DNA from: Chrysomallon squamiferum | Taxonomy: Eukaryota; Animalia; Mollusca | Assembly: GCA_012295275.1 (NCBI GenBank) | Contig: CM022673.1 | Location: 22,444,001-22,508,000, forward strand | Direction of reading: 5' to 3' | DNA: 64,000 nt | Shown here: one piece after another, positions 1-14,607 of the stretch | Layout of the letters: each line of letters opens with the position of its first letter | Position numbering within the stretch: the stretch's first letter is position 1 | Program-made: the position numbers and the translations under genes | Notes under the pieces: generated by a model | Told to the model about the DNA's origin: nothing | The model's input: the letters and a program-made list of their open reading frames with translations, nothing else | Databases searched by the model: none

Positions 1-1497
1 AGAACAAAATGAGCTCAAACATTCTTGTTTTTATGCGGTAAAAAAGCTGCTTTGGGATTTATAAATATTCGTTGGTAGAAAAATATCGCATAAGTTTGCG
101 AGAGAAAGAAGATGATGTCAAATGCAGATGTTTTTACTATTATTACAGAGCACTGATACAGAAAACATTACCCGTGAACCCAATTTCGTGCAAAATGTGT
201 TTTCATGTCATAACCATTATTCAACAATCATTTGGAAATTTCTGATGGTGTCGGCATTATGGGCAGGCAAAATCAATAGTACGTTTTAAGCCACGTTGTT
301 CAACAAATGCGTATAAGCGCTGTCGACCATCCGATTTATCACATTAACGCTCGTCATGCATTCGTGCGAGCAATTATCCAAGTCCGTGTGCATATTTCGA
401 TTTAATAGAATTAGTTGGCTGCTCGGATTCATCTTCACTTGTAGAATATTTCCATTGGATAAGTGAAAAAAGTACGTGAAAGAGAACGAATTGAAGAATT
501 ACTTTTGTTTGTTGAAAAGATTTTTGAATATCTATTAACGGACGATTTTTGTATGCTTCACTTTTTTACTTTTTTCTTGGAGTTATTGGTTAATGTGGTT
601 ACGCTAGAAAAAAGCTTAAAAGTTGTTGAGAAAATCAGTTTTCACGTGTGAGGAGAAGAAAAAACTGCGGTGCTAACCAAATTTGTTCTAAGTATTGTCT
701 GATTTTAGTCTGGATTTGGGACTGGAATTTTTTTTATTATTATGATTTATTTTATTTTTGAAGACGATTAGTTACTTGAAAAATTATGAAGATTATTGTC
801 AAATATATTTTACATGAAAAATTTCAAGATTTGTCTTCGACTCGAACACGAGTCTAAAGTATTACTTATAACTATTTTGTGGTTTTCATTCAAGGAAAAC
901 GAGGTTACGTCGAAGTTAGATTCTAGGATTCTTGATAATTACTTAGGAACATAATGTAATTGTAGCTTGTTTTATTTCTTACTAAGAAGTGTAGGACAAA
1001 CTCGAAAAATCAAAGTGACTATCAACAAGTGTAAAGCAAAAATATAAAAGAAACAACATCAAGTAAACACGCAAACAAAAATCAAATGCAGAACTAAAAC
1101 AAAAATATTTTTCCTTAATGATCCATGTTTATAGAGAAAGTTGGCGGGATGATATTTTCCCCACCACTGTAGAGGTTTAACAGTTTTCTCATTTATTTTA
1201 CTTCCTTAGACATTTCTACCACGCGGCTGTTCTTCGATAAATTCTCAGACTATTTATTTTTAGCCCTGTGTAGCTGATGGTCTCGACTAATCTAACATTA
1301 ATCTGGTAACACTAGGAGTTAAATGCTAGTTTAAAACTGAATATTTGGTTGATGTGGTATTAATAACAGTATGCAGAGTCATCAGACATCTCCATATCTT
1401 GTGTTTTCTGTACACAGAAATTACTTCTCGCCTCGACACCTTCTTCACCTGTGATGTAAGTCGTTTATAGTTCGAATTTAAAAGTAAGATCTGAAGT

Positions 1498-1500
<3 letters not shown>

Positions 1501-1587
<87 letters not shown>

Positions 1588-1700
1588 GTGTGTGTATATT
1601 TATGATAAAATAATCAAGAACTTTTTTTGTCTTTCTATATATTATAGGCAGTGTTGTTGGAACATTTATACATTATTTGTTTTAAAAGATCACAGCAGAC
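1501..1700 (+). repeat. (CT)n microsatellite followed by a ~110-bp dispersed repeat also present at about 8800-8922
   Basis: TGTATATTT.TGATAAAATAATC.AGAACTTTT...TATAGGCA...TTGTTGGAACA...TTATTTGTTTTAAAAGAT.ACAGCA follows a CT tract at both sites. Confidence 0.75.
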
Positions 1701-1712
1701 TATTTTAGAATA

Positions 1713-1743
<31 letters not shown>

Positions 1744-2149
1744 TTTTTTAATTTATCATTCTTTTGACAAAACAGCGCAAAAAGAGAAAAGAAATATTTT
1801 TGGATGACGTCATATGATGTGAATGGCAGATGGTCGGATTACAGGGTTTGACACTAAGCTGAATATTATTGTATGTTAATATTGTACGAATTATTGTTAA
1901 GTGAATAGTACGGCCACCTGTACAAATGCTAAAATCTATTCTAGTTTATTTTTAAATTTTAAATTTTATTTATTAATAATGTTGTTTCTTTTGTACATAT
2001 ATAACGCATAGGTACATACGTAAGTATATATACATACATACATACATACATACATACATACACACATACATACCTACATACATACATACATAAACACACA
2101 CCTACACATACATATCATTTTACGTCTCTCTAAAACTCTTAATTACCTA

Positions 2150-2180
<31 letters not shown>

Positions 2181-4278
2181 GTTGTTGTTGTTGTTGTTAT
2201 TGTTGTTGATTGTTGTTGATGTTATTGTCAATCGCCCATGTTTATTTACTTTTTTTATATAAACATTTAACACAAAATTAATCATTATTTTAATCATTTT
2301 ATTTTAAAATAATTGTACAACGCACTGATGCAGAGATAGTTTTTTTTTCATTCATTCTCTCTCTATCACTTCGTCTGTCTCTCTATCTGTCTATCTATCC
2401 AACCATTTATCTTTCTTTCTTTCTTTCTCTGAGCACAAAGCATGTTTTTCACTTAATAATTGTTTTGTATTTGCTCTTGGCTTTCTGTGTGCAATAATTT
2501 TGATATAGGCAATATGCACGTGATAATGCCCAATACTTGATTAAGCAAAATGAGTATATGTCTACAAAAAATAACTCCTTTTTGTTCACGTTTTCTGTTT
2601 ATCCACTTAACTAACGTCTATGCTGGACAGAATTATCAATGATAAATGAAACTTATGACACATGGCACTGGAAATAGTTTCTTGAATTGCTGGCAAATTG
2701 ACCATAGGTCGTAGATCATTATTTTCGATATTAGTGCAGTAGACGTCTTAAAGCATCAAACGAAAAACAACATTGATTTTGACTACGGCGATTTTATACA
2801 CTGTAAGGCACTCTATTATAGGAGCTGAAAGGAGTCTTCGATATAAATTTACATAAAAGGAGCTAGAAGGAAGGAGCCGTCAGTTCAAATATATATAAAT
2901 ATTTGTTTTACTTCAAGACGATGTGTATTTATTTTGTTTTGTCATAATAGAAGTTATTGTAGTACATATTTAAACAAAGAAACCACATTTTGGTTGTTGT
3001 TGATGGTAATGGTGTTGATGGTTTTCGGGGTTCTTCTGGGAGTGGTTTGTAGTTGTTGCTGTGATTTTGGTTTTTAATGTAGAAATTTCCCAACAGAAAA
3101 CTGATATGAAGTGAAGAATTATAAGTAATCAATAATAATTATGAAGGAAGAAAAAAAAATCACTTAGCGCTATGAAATATAAATATATAAATAATAAAAA
3201 GTATTTAAGTAACACTTCACAATTTTATTATTTTTTATTTTACTTTTTTATTTCCTCACGAATGTAGAAATATACTCTCATTTTATGTTATAGATTCTTT
3301 GTTTCTCCAAATATTTGATATCATTCACAAGGCCAAAATGCAGTTTAAAATTTAATAATAATAACATAAATAAAAATGTTTCTGTTTTAGTAAGCAATTG
3401 TCTCTTTGATTTCGTTATCATTTGAAAATCGAAGTTCAAGATAAATAGTTTTTTGTATGATCCGAAATAACCATAAAAAGAAAGACCGAACCACGTATGT
3501 TTATGATGAGGGAAAAGTTAAAATGTTGCTAAATTATTTCAGATGTTAGTTTTAGGTTTTTATTCGATAGGCTCTATGCTTATTGTAAATAAGAGGTTTA
3601 TGTTTCTCCACATGGTACAACATTCTGTAGACAGTATTAACTGTTCTGTATGTGTATTACATGGGTGGCATTACATCAATCGTCCTTTACTTTCTTATTT
3701 CTACATATACTAAATTATAATATTTTAAGTAGATTCCACTTCAACGAAAGGTCTCCTGAAGTAGAATTATAGGTAATTATACATTTATTAGTGTTTTTAA
3801 TTGATTGGAGTTTCCTGTGGGGGACCTACAGTTTAGGGGCCCTGAAGTTTGAACTGTTACGGGGGCTTAGCAAGCAGGAACGAGATCTAGATAACTACTG
3901 TCATCTTTTTTCATGGGCTTGTTCCGTGAAGGATCACCATTAATTATTTTTAAGTTTAACCACAGCATCTCATATTTAAATGTTTGAAGTAATGAGAACT
4001 AAATTGGCTTTTGAAGCTTCATTAGTTTCATAATAAATCAGTAGTGACCTATTATCATATGTAACGAATAAAATACAATAAAATATTTCAATGCCGCCAT
4101 TTTACCCCTTTATGTAGTTGGAGTCGTGACATACATGATTTCTTTTGTTGTTATGCTTCGTTTTAATTAAAATATAATACACTCTTTTCTTGTTCGATTG
4201 TTTTCCTTTTTGTGCACTGATTTCTGATTCATCTTTTTTCTCTTACTTTTACTCTCCTATAATATATTCTGTATTTTT

Positions 4279-4376
<98 letters not shown>

Positions 4377-5515
4377 CATTTACTCCATTTCTTCATCAGC
4401 TTCATTTTTTACGTCCCTAACAACGAGAGATGTAGATTCTGTGGTTCCTGTAATCAGTGTCTGAACTGGTTATTTGAACAGAAGGGTTCCAATCACCACA
4501 ACAGTCACGTAATTTATTCTTTAGGAAACATATATTCTCTGTTTGGATCTTTCCAGTGATTTGTGTTAAGAGAAATTGGCCTTTGTGATGCGCAAATATT
4601 GACCCTACTAACCATGACAAAATCTTATAGCTTCACGTGGCTGATAATAACCATCATGTCCGTTACTCGGGACCTTTTCGAAATACAAAGGAATTTTTTT
4701 TTCTTTCATAACCTCTTCTTAATTATTCTTTTGTTAGTAAATATATAAAAAATAAACTTCGCTTCTAATTTTATTTAATTACCTATTTTAATTAGCAGCA
4801 ATATATTTTACAAGCACATTCCCGTAGACAGGAACTTCAGCAACATGTCATGGGTCACTGGCTGGAACGGGAAAGAGTCCAGCTGGCCGACTGAAGGTTA
4901 GGCATGTGACTATGTTACAAATTTAAAAATATGTTATTGATCTTCCCACACATAACTATTATGTCTGTAGTAAGCGCTTGAAACACATATGCAGAAAGGT
5001 GAAATTGTTTTGACATTTTCTTTACATCATCAATTGTTTATTTTCCTTTCTTCTCTTCTCCCGTGGGCTTTCCATCTCACGCGTTATGTATAACGTTGTG
5101 TTAAAACCAGCCTGCTTAAAAGTGTTTCTGTCCGAGTATTGGACTTATTCAAACTTTTACCATGAGCTAACAGATCCATCCATATATTTAACCAAACGTA
5201 ATTGCTCTTTTGCCATTCAAATATTTGCCATCATGATCGCCAATGATTTGCCGTGTGGTGAGAAAATTAAGTCATTCTCGACTTGGGAATACAAACTGAT
5301 TGTGGTGAGCGTATATCATTTAGTGAGATGTTGATACAAACATTTGTGTTAATATGTAAACTCGACAGTCTGTTAACAATCAGTATTATACATCAAAATC
5401 AGTTAGAATGTTTCTCGAAATTAATATTACATATCGATACTGGGCTGTATTTATTGGTGGCTGAGGGTTTAATAATATTATTACTATTGTTATTGTTGTT
5501 GTTGCTGTTGTTGTT

Positions 5516-5558
<43 letters not shown>

Positions 5559-7770
5559 TGACGACAATGATGATAATGATAATAATTCAGTATAATAATA
5601 ATGTAACAACCATAGCTTAAATGGATGAAAGTAATAACTGCTATAGAATATCGCCATTCAGAGACACATTTTCCGCCCAACTTTAATTGCACATCTCTAA
5701 TGAATATTGATAACAAATATCTTTTAATTGCTAATTTGTATATTCTTTGTTTTTTGCTTTTTGTTGGTTCCTGTCTATGATAAAATATATTGCTGTTAAT
5801 TAAAATAGGTAATTAAATAACATTACCATATTTACTTTTCATACATTTACTTATATACATACACTCATGTATATATTCACACATATAAAAACAGTTTTTG
5901 TTTTGCTGCTGCTATTGTTGCTATTTTGTTGTAAGTAGAGATAGTGGTGTTTTTGTTGTCGTCGTTGTTTTTCTTTTTCTTCTTCTTACTTTTATTATTA
6001 TTATTTTTATTTTTATTTGTTGTTGTCGGGGGATTTGCTGGATTAGTGGTTTTCACAAAGGACGTCATTGGTATATAATAGAGATACGACGACAGCCTAG
6101 AAAAACTACTCGAAAATAATTCTGTAATTATCTTTATTATTAAAGCCTCCTTATAAGTAAGTATAATAAGTAAATTATATAAGGTAAATCTAGTTCTTTT
6201 AAAATAATATACCTGAGTGCAGGTCGTTCGATTTACACACTATTTCGAAAAATGTCTTTAGCGTCTCGAATACACGAATTCTGGAAATGAAGAGTAATAC
6301 AAAGATATTTTACACAGACAGGCACACACATAGATGGATAATCTGTTTTAATTTGTTTACCGAAGGTCTGTTAGATAAATATATTTAATATGTATAAGAA
6401 TCGAATATCATTTGTAATATATAATGGAGCAAACGTTATATCGAATGTTAGGAGAAAATACTTAGAATCTTTCACATAAATAACTCTATGTCTCTAATAC
6501 AGAGTTGTGGTACATTATTACTCACACATTTAAATGATGTGTAAACGCCGATTCAAAACATAAAAGTCCTCAAGATTAATCTATAACATGGGAACACCTA
6601 AAATTAATTCAGAAACATTAATCTACATACATTACACTTCCTCACAACATGGCACGAATCTAACGATATTATCACCTACAACATGCCACATCTCGACAAC
6701 TCCACATTAAATACACATCTCCCACTTCTCCGTGCTTTCTGATGAATCGCGCGTGTTGCTCGAACGTTTTCGGAGTGTGAGTCTAATTAACCAGCCCGTA
6801 AATCAAAAAGCTTTCTTCGAGCATTGAGTTTTCGCTGTGGCTTTTCAGTTATCACAACATCAGTGTAGATCTTGTTCTGAAAGACAGCTTGGTAGAGGTA
6901 TCTTCATTATGGTGCAGCATCAGTGAGTGTGTTATTATACGGCGAAATCATGATAAAGAAATATGTTTTCTAGCGATGGTTTGGCTGCTCAGTGAGTAAA
7001 TGAAATATTCTGTTACCTCTACAGTTGGAACTCTCTGACATTATTACATTCTCACTGTTACCAGAGTCAACACATTCAAACTGATATACATGAATGGGAT
7101 GGGGATAAAAAAAAAAAAAAAAAATAACAACATGCATCCCGAACTCTGAAAGTAGCTTGCAATATGTATTTCAAGCCTAAAGAATATAGATAAATGACGA
7201 AATAAAGGACAGATGAAAGAAAGGTGAAAAAAATCAGCATTAAAACAAAATAATAAGAAAAACAAAATTAATGCAAAGTATTTAATAATAGCAGTAATAA
7301 GTTATAACCAGAACCTATTGTTTTCACAAACACAGATTTATTAATACGGCTAATTTGAGAGCTGGTTATTTTAGATGGATTACTCAGAAATGTAATATTC
7401 AAATAGTTATTGTAAATTACAGCTTGTCACTATTCTTTTATTTAAAGATGTACAATCTTTGTGTTAGCTTAAAATACAATAGTTGTAATGTGTGATATAA
7501 AGTATATATATACCTATTTGGTATAAACCATATATTTCACCAACGAATATGTGAATATTAACCAACTATTCTTTTTTTTATATTTTATTTTATTATTATT
7601 ATTAAATAAAACTTAGAAGTGGAACGAATAAATTCGTAATAACATTTTGAAAATTATCAAAGTCATATTTTAAAATGTACAAATTATAAATAACTGAAAA
7701 TATATTTATTGGTTTTTAATACACTCACACATAATATCAGCGATGAATTTTCGATTTATTTGTTTTTGTT

Positions 7771-7809
<39 letters not shown>

Positions 7810-8171
7810 TTGTTTTATTTATTTTTTTTTTATTTTATTTTATTTTATTTTATTTTATTTTATTTTATTTTATTTTTTTTAAACATTATTTAATACAGTG
7901 AAATCGATCAATGGTTGTCATTTATTAAATAATATTTCGTTTTTTATTTTGGTTTTCATTTGTTCCTTTCAAAATAATTAACTAATTTATGCAAAGGTTA
8001 ATTTCTTTGATAAAAGCAGTTTGTTTGTACGTTTTCTTTGGGATTTATTTATTTATTTTAATGAGATAAAAGTCTTTTCATATATTTATTTTTTTCTCCT
8101 TATTTTGTTATTAAATACTGAGTGGCTTATGTTTCTCAGTTTATGCCTGTAAACATTCTAAACATTCTAAA

Positions 8172-8482
<311 letters not shown>

Positions 8483-10018
8483 AGTCTTGATCATCATTGC
8501 TTCTATCAAATAAATCAGCTGTAAACAGTGAAAACGGAAATTTGAAATATCTCGCGTTATCGGCAATAAAAAAAGAATTGGCAACGTTCACTCAAACTGA
8601 AAGCATTTACACTGCAGCCGAAAACACGTAAGATGTTTTTAACACAAATGAAATCGATTAGTAAGAAGTTTCTGTTGGGAACTTGATCTAAATAAATTAA
8701 AGGCTGTGTAATATATCTATATAGACCTCCATTTTACTAACATACACACTTGAAATTTTTGTTTTGCAAATTCTTGTAAAAATTATTATTAGCATTCGTC
8801 TCTCTCTCTCTCTCTCGCTCTCGCTCTGTATATTTGTGATAAAATAATCTAGAACTTTTGTGGTGTTTCTATAGGCACTCTTGTTGGAACACATATATTA
8901 TTTGTTTTAAAAGATGACAGCATATTTTTTTTATTTATGATGTTATAATACGTTTTTGTTTTCACGTGTGTGTGTATTGGGAGAGTGGGTATAAAGTGAA
9001 AAAGTAAAAAAAGTGAAAAAACCCCAGGTTTTATGACATATTAAAATGATTTATTTATCAAAAGCTGTGGTATGTGTTTTTATGACTATGGAAAGATACA
9101 GTGAAAAGATTATTTTTGACCACCTGAAAAATACTGTGGGTTTCACAGCGAGAGAAAAGAGATAGAAAAGAAACATCAAGGATCGTCCATACTTTCATTT
9201 TCCTTAAATATGTTCGGGCATAGTTTAAAAATCAAAAGATATTTTGTGATAAATGAAGATATTCAAGAACATTAACATCATTCATTTTCTAGGATACTAA
9301 ACTGATCACTGACCAAATACAATTACCAAATAAAATTCACAGAAAACGAAAAGCAGAACTGTTAGGAAGGAAGGAGAAGACAACCTGTCGTTGTGCACGT
9401 GTCGTCTATCACAACTACACTTTCATCATAACGAATTCTTTCTTATAGTCGAGTTTCGAATATTCCTCTTGTTTGTTTTTTTTGCTGAGGGGAACTTTTT
9501 TCTCTTACTTTTCTCCAGTGGTCAATGGACGATAATTCAACTCCAGCTTAAAATGTGAGCCATTAACACAGAGGCGCCACTATTACATTACAGACAATTA
9601 GCTATAAGCCTCTAAAAGGCAATTCTGCCAGAGGCAGGCTTTAAGCTTGTTGCGACAGAACTAGTCCCAAATAGAGGGCATTCTCGAAAATGAAAAACAC
9701 TTGTATCCAGCAATCAAAAAATCTTTTCTCGGGGAGAAACAACGTAAATTGCTTTAGAGCCTAACTCCGTGCATCGTTGAATGTACAAAAATTAGATTTC
9801 TTGTGAGATTCAGAAGTTAAAAAAACAACTTGGGAACGAAATGCTCGTGACTTCCGTAAGTTTGAGGATCCTCGCTAAAATCCTGCACTGGACCGTAGAT
9901 GAAATATGACAATAAAAATGTAATGTGAAAATAAAAAAAAAAATAAAATAAAAAAAGTAAAGTAAAATAAATTTAAAAAAATAAAAGTAAAGAAATTAAT
10001 AAATATATCAATAAATAT

Positions 10019-10054
<36 letters not shown>

Positions 10055-11224
10055 TAAAAATACAATAAATTAATAAAAAAATAAACTGTCAAAAATTCTG
10101 AAAGCGAGAAAAAAGCTATTATTCATTATTTCCAAATTACCGACTATTACACGTTGCATTTCGAGTCCTTTTTCTATGTTCAGTTTATGTCGTTCTTGAA
10201 TCTTAAATGAAGTTTCGAAATGTAAAATGTGATGAAAGTTAATCAGTTAGGAAACGAACATTATGTTAACAGAATAAACTGATTTATAGTATTTTGGCTG
10301 CATCACCTTTCACTAACATCAAATTCACTTTTATCCCCAACAGAAAGGACATTATGTCACAATGGTATTTTTGTCACAGTTGTTTTCAAAGATTCTAAGA
10401 TACTAATATGAATCGTGATGTTCAGATTATCGAAATAAGTGATAAACAATTTTGACATAGATATATAAAATATATATGAACTTTGAAAATATTTTAAATT
10501 AGTTTTATAGATGGCCCATTTTTATATATATCTGTTGAAAGTACATATTATTTCTCAATTCTAACAATGTTCTTTTTTCCTTTCCTTTCAAAATTCGGAC
10601 TTTAATTCTTAACTGTTAAATGTGCATTATATGATCTTTTTATCTCCACGTCTGTGATGTGCCCATAGCGACTAGTTAACGCTTTTAACACGACCATAAT
10701 CGTTTTTAGCAAGGGCTTTGTTCTTTTTGTTCTTTACAGTATCTGTATTAATAATTATAGAACAAGGATGTTTTCCAAGTGTAATTCGCCTTAGAGAGGA
10801 AACTTGATACAGCCTTTACGTTTAAAATTCATTACGAGATTTTCCAACTAACAACTGATATTATTTTTGAATTATCCAGACCCGAATTGAAATCGTCATC
10901 TGTTACCGAGACTAAGTGACCCGGAAGGGCTAGAAACTTTGACTGTACTGATAAAATTAAGCATGAGATTCCACGTGAGAGACTAAGCTGCTGAATTCAC
11001 GCTTCACTGGGCACATTGGCTCTCTGATATGATGGAGTGAGCGGCGTGTTGACAGCAGCGTGCATGACTTCACCGTTTAAAGATAACACCGACTGCAACT
11101 GCAATACATCTTCATCATGTCTGACATGCTACATGCAGAGATATTGACGACCAGTCTGTACCATCCCATTGCTTAATGAATTTTCTTTGATTTTGATTTT
11201 GATTGATTGATTGATTTTTTTAAA

Positions 11225-11260
<36 letters not shown>

Positions 11261-11881
11261 GATTTTTTTTTTTTTTTTTTTTTTTTTACTCTTAAAACTT
11301 GTACTCCGTAGCGGATTATCGCAATACTAAATTTAATATACTTTCGATTTTTATAATACCGGATATTATCTTCGATTGTTTACATAATTATTATAAACAA
11401 AAATAATTATTATTTTAAATGTATAGGAAAAAGAGAGTAGACGTCATACATAATTTTATACATATATGTATCCATTCATCTGTTGTGGATCCACCTTCAT
11501 GCTAACTGCCCATCATTCGATAGCATATAAAGAGGCCTAGATATTTTCTTGAATTCACCATTAGTGCTGTTGGAATGTATTATTCAGTACATGTGGCAGT
11601 TTCAATGACTAGCCGTGAAGGAATCATCAGTTCATATATTTCAAATCGTTATCTGATTATTCATTCATTCTCACCGGCATACAAATCAATGATTGATCTA
11701 ATGTCTAATTCTCCAACATTTGCATTTCGGTTATCCTAAAAGAATTTGAACAGATACAATATTTGTCTGTACATGACTGCAGGATATGCAATACTATAGC
11801 TTTTGATACTGTATTTATTTGTTTCTTATAATTAATTTACTTTTATTATTTATTTATTTATTTCTTCTTCTTCTTCTTCTT

Positions 11882-11912
<31 letters not shown>

Positions 11913-11966
11913 TTATTATTATTAGTCATCTGTTATTGCAGGAAACTGTCAGACAGCTCAGGCAGA

Positions 11967-12054
11967 ATGAAGGAAGAGGACAGATCAACTAATCTCCGTC
12001 ACACGAAAACCACGCCATTTTGTATTTACGTCATCGTGTTCTTTTCTCTGATTG
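11967..12054 (+). CDS. nAChR exon: N-terminus / signal peptide (MKEEDRSTNLRHTKTTPFCIYVIVFFSLI)
   Basis: Acceptor TTGCAG ends at 11941. Hydrophobic stretch, then phase-1 donor G|GTGAGT that joins 12513 in frame. Confidence 0.8.
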
Positions 12055-12159
12055 GTGAGTTCCTATCTATTATATGATTCATTAATTCATACAAATATTT
12101 TTTATATATAAATTTATATGATTTTGTTATATTTTTAAAATTATTGTTATAAAATTACG

Positions 12160-12213
<54 letters not shown>

Positions 12214-12369
12214 TTTATTATCATTATTTTCTGTACATCTCTCTCTCCTCAGTAAACGTTAAAATTCTCTTTATAATTAATTTAACTTCTGTGAAATGCT
12301 GATTTGTTTGTTTATATATATATATTTATATATTCTTATTTATTATTCTTTCTTTTTAATATAAAATTT

Positions 12370-12458
<89 letters not shown>

Positions 12459-12821
12459 TTATCCCAGTTCATCCGCGCTATATGTTAAATAAATTAATTA
12501 ATCTCTATATAGCGGGTACCACAGCTGTTGACAACGATGCACAGTATCGGTTGGTCCGGGATCTTTTGAAACCATATGACAAAAGAGTCCGGCCAGCTCT
12601 AAACTTTTCCGAGTCTCTGAACGTCACATTCGGTGTAGCGTTAGCGCAAATTATTGACGTTGTGAGTATTTTCTATTTTATAAACATTGTTTGTCTGTTT
12701 TCCAAGTAACAAACACATGATATCATTTATTTCATTTTAATATATTTTATTTTAGTTCATTTCATTATTATGATCGATGATTATGAATTATTATTAATCA
12801 ATAAATTTTTAAATATATTGA

Positions 12822-12867
<46 letters not shown>

Positions 12868-14565
12868 TTACTCATGCTTTTTTTACTCATTAATATACCG
12901 TATAAATTTCGGAAGGATATTTGCTGCAGTTAGTAGCTAATGGTTTGGAACACACGAATTCTTGCAGCCTATTTAGAAAACTAAATATCCTCTTTGAAGT
13001 GAAATTTGGAAATCTTTGAGCCCGAGTTTATAATGATATTTTAATAGCTATTAATTAAATCGTTAAGATCGCTATATGCTAGTAAACAGCTTAGATTCTA
13101 TAGCACAGTTTCCTCTTATATTAACTGATAATATGATGTCTATCATAGTTATAAGCAGTATACTGTTATTTATTTTGTAGTGTAATCAGCTGAATGTAGT
13201 ATGTTCTAATAATAATTATATCACGTAAAGGCAGTTCCAAGGGCATACAGTCTGTGAAACCCTGATGTTTTTGCTTTATTAATAACAAAATTTCATCAGT
13301 GTGAGTTATATAAACTATAGTTATGATAACATATGTTACAGTTTTTAACCTATGAGTTTCCTAAGTCAGTACAGGTAGTTTCATATGAATTAACATATTT
13401 ACTGTTTCAACAAATGTAATTTCATCAATTTTATTTCCACTATAACAACTGAACTATGTAAACGCATATCCTAGTATATTAGACATAATACCATATTTTA
13501 TTACAAACGATTACTTCAGCTGCATTTTTTAAATATATTAGTTACTCGAAGTGTATCAGCATTATCGTGAAGTACCGGTATTTCTGTTTCATTATTATTG
13601 TGAAGTACCTTTATTTCGATATTAATACGTCTATTTCAGTTGGAATCAGTTGCTCTGCTATTACTGAACAGGATATGTGTTTGTCTTATAACTGTATATT
13701 TGCTTTAGAATCGTAAACATGTATAAAAAGGTAGAATTTCGGTGTTGTTATAAATTATAACCCACCTGCGTAGTTCCAGTTTTATCTGATAAAATGTGAT
13801 GAATGTAACTGAATACCATTCCTGAATGTTAAACTAAAGCACGCGAATGCTGGGCTTTTCTTGCATGTTTCAATGGATTTGATACTTCAATCAACTTACA
13901 CTGGTAGACAAGTTAAGTAAAACTGGCGACGTTGTAATTCCAGTCGGGGCTGAGCAATTCGGACGGAATCACGCGAATAGGAAATCAGTCAGTTAGGTTT
14001 CCATTCACTACTTGAGCGAGTAGAGGGGTAGTGATAAAATTCTGTGTTTAAGCACGCCACTTTAATTGCGAACGTCTCCTGTTTACGACTATCGTAATTG
14101 TTCATCATTTGCCGTGGTTGATATCCGTATATCACGAACAGTCGATTTATCCGGATTGATATGTCATGTGACCGTAACCTGATTTTCTTTTTTCTTTTTC
14201 GTGTTTTTCGTTTCGCTGAATTTGCAATACACGTATAATCATGGAAAATGCACATGCTCGTACACAAACGTATAGTTTAAGACATACCTCTACTAACACA
14301 TTTACGTATACATATCCACAAACTCAGACAAACAAACACGCGCACGCACGCACATTAGGGATATCCAGGAATTTAGAGAATAATTAAAAACTGTTAGGAA
14401 TTCACAAGTAGCTGAATGATAAGTTTCGCGTGTCGATTTGATTTATGAGATCGTGAGTTTGATTTGGCCATTAATTCATTTTTAGAACACCTCAGATTTC
14501 TACATGCTTTTAACAAAGCTGTCTTCAAATTTTACTTTCTAAAATAATATTATTAATATTTAATA

Positions 14566-14607
<42 letters not shown>

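Noticed and set aside
4800-4900. Fragment reminiscent of a gastropod SINE-like repeat (also about 9050-9110)
   Set aside because: Resemblance is from memory only; too short and degenerate to support without a repeat library.
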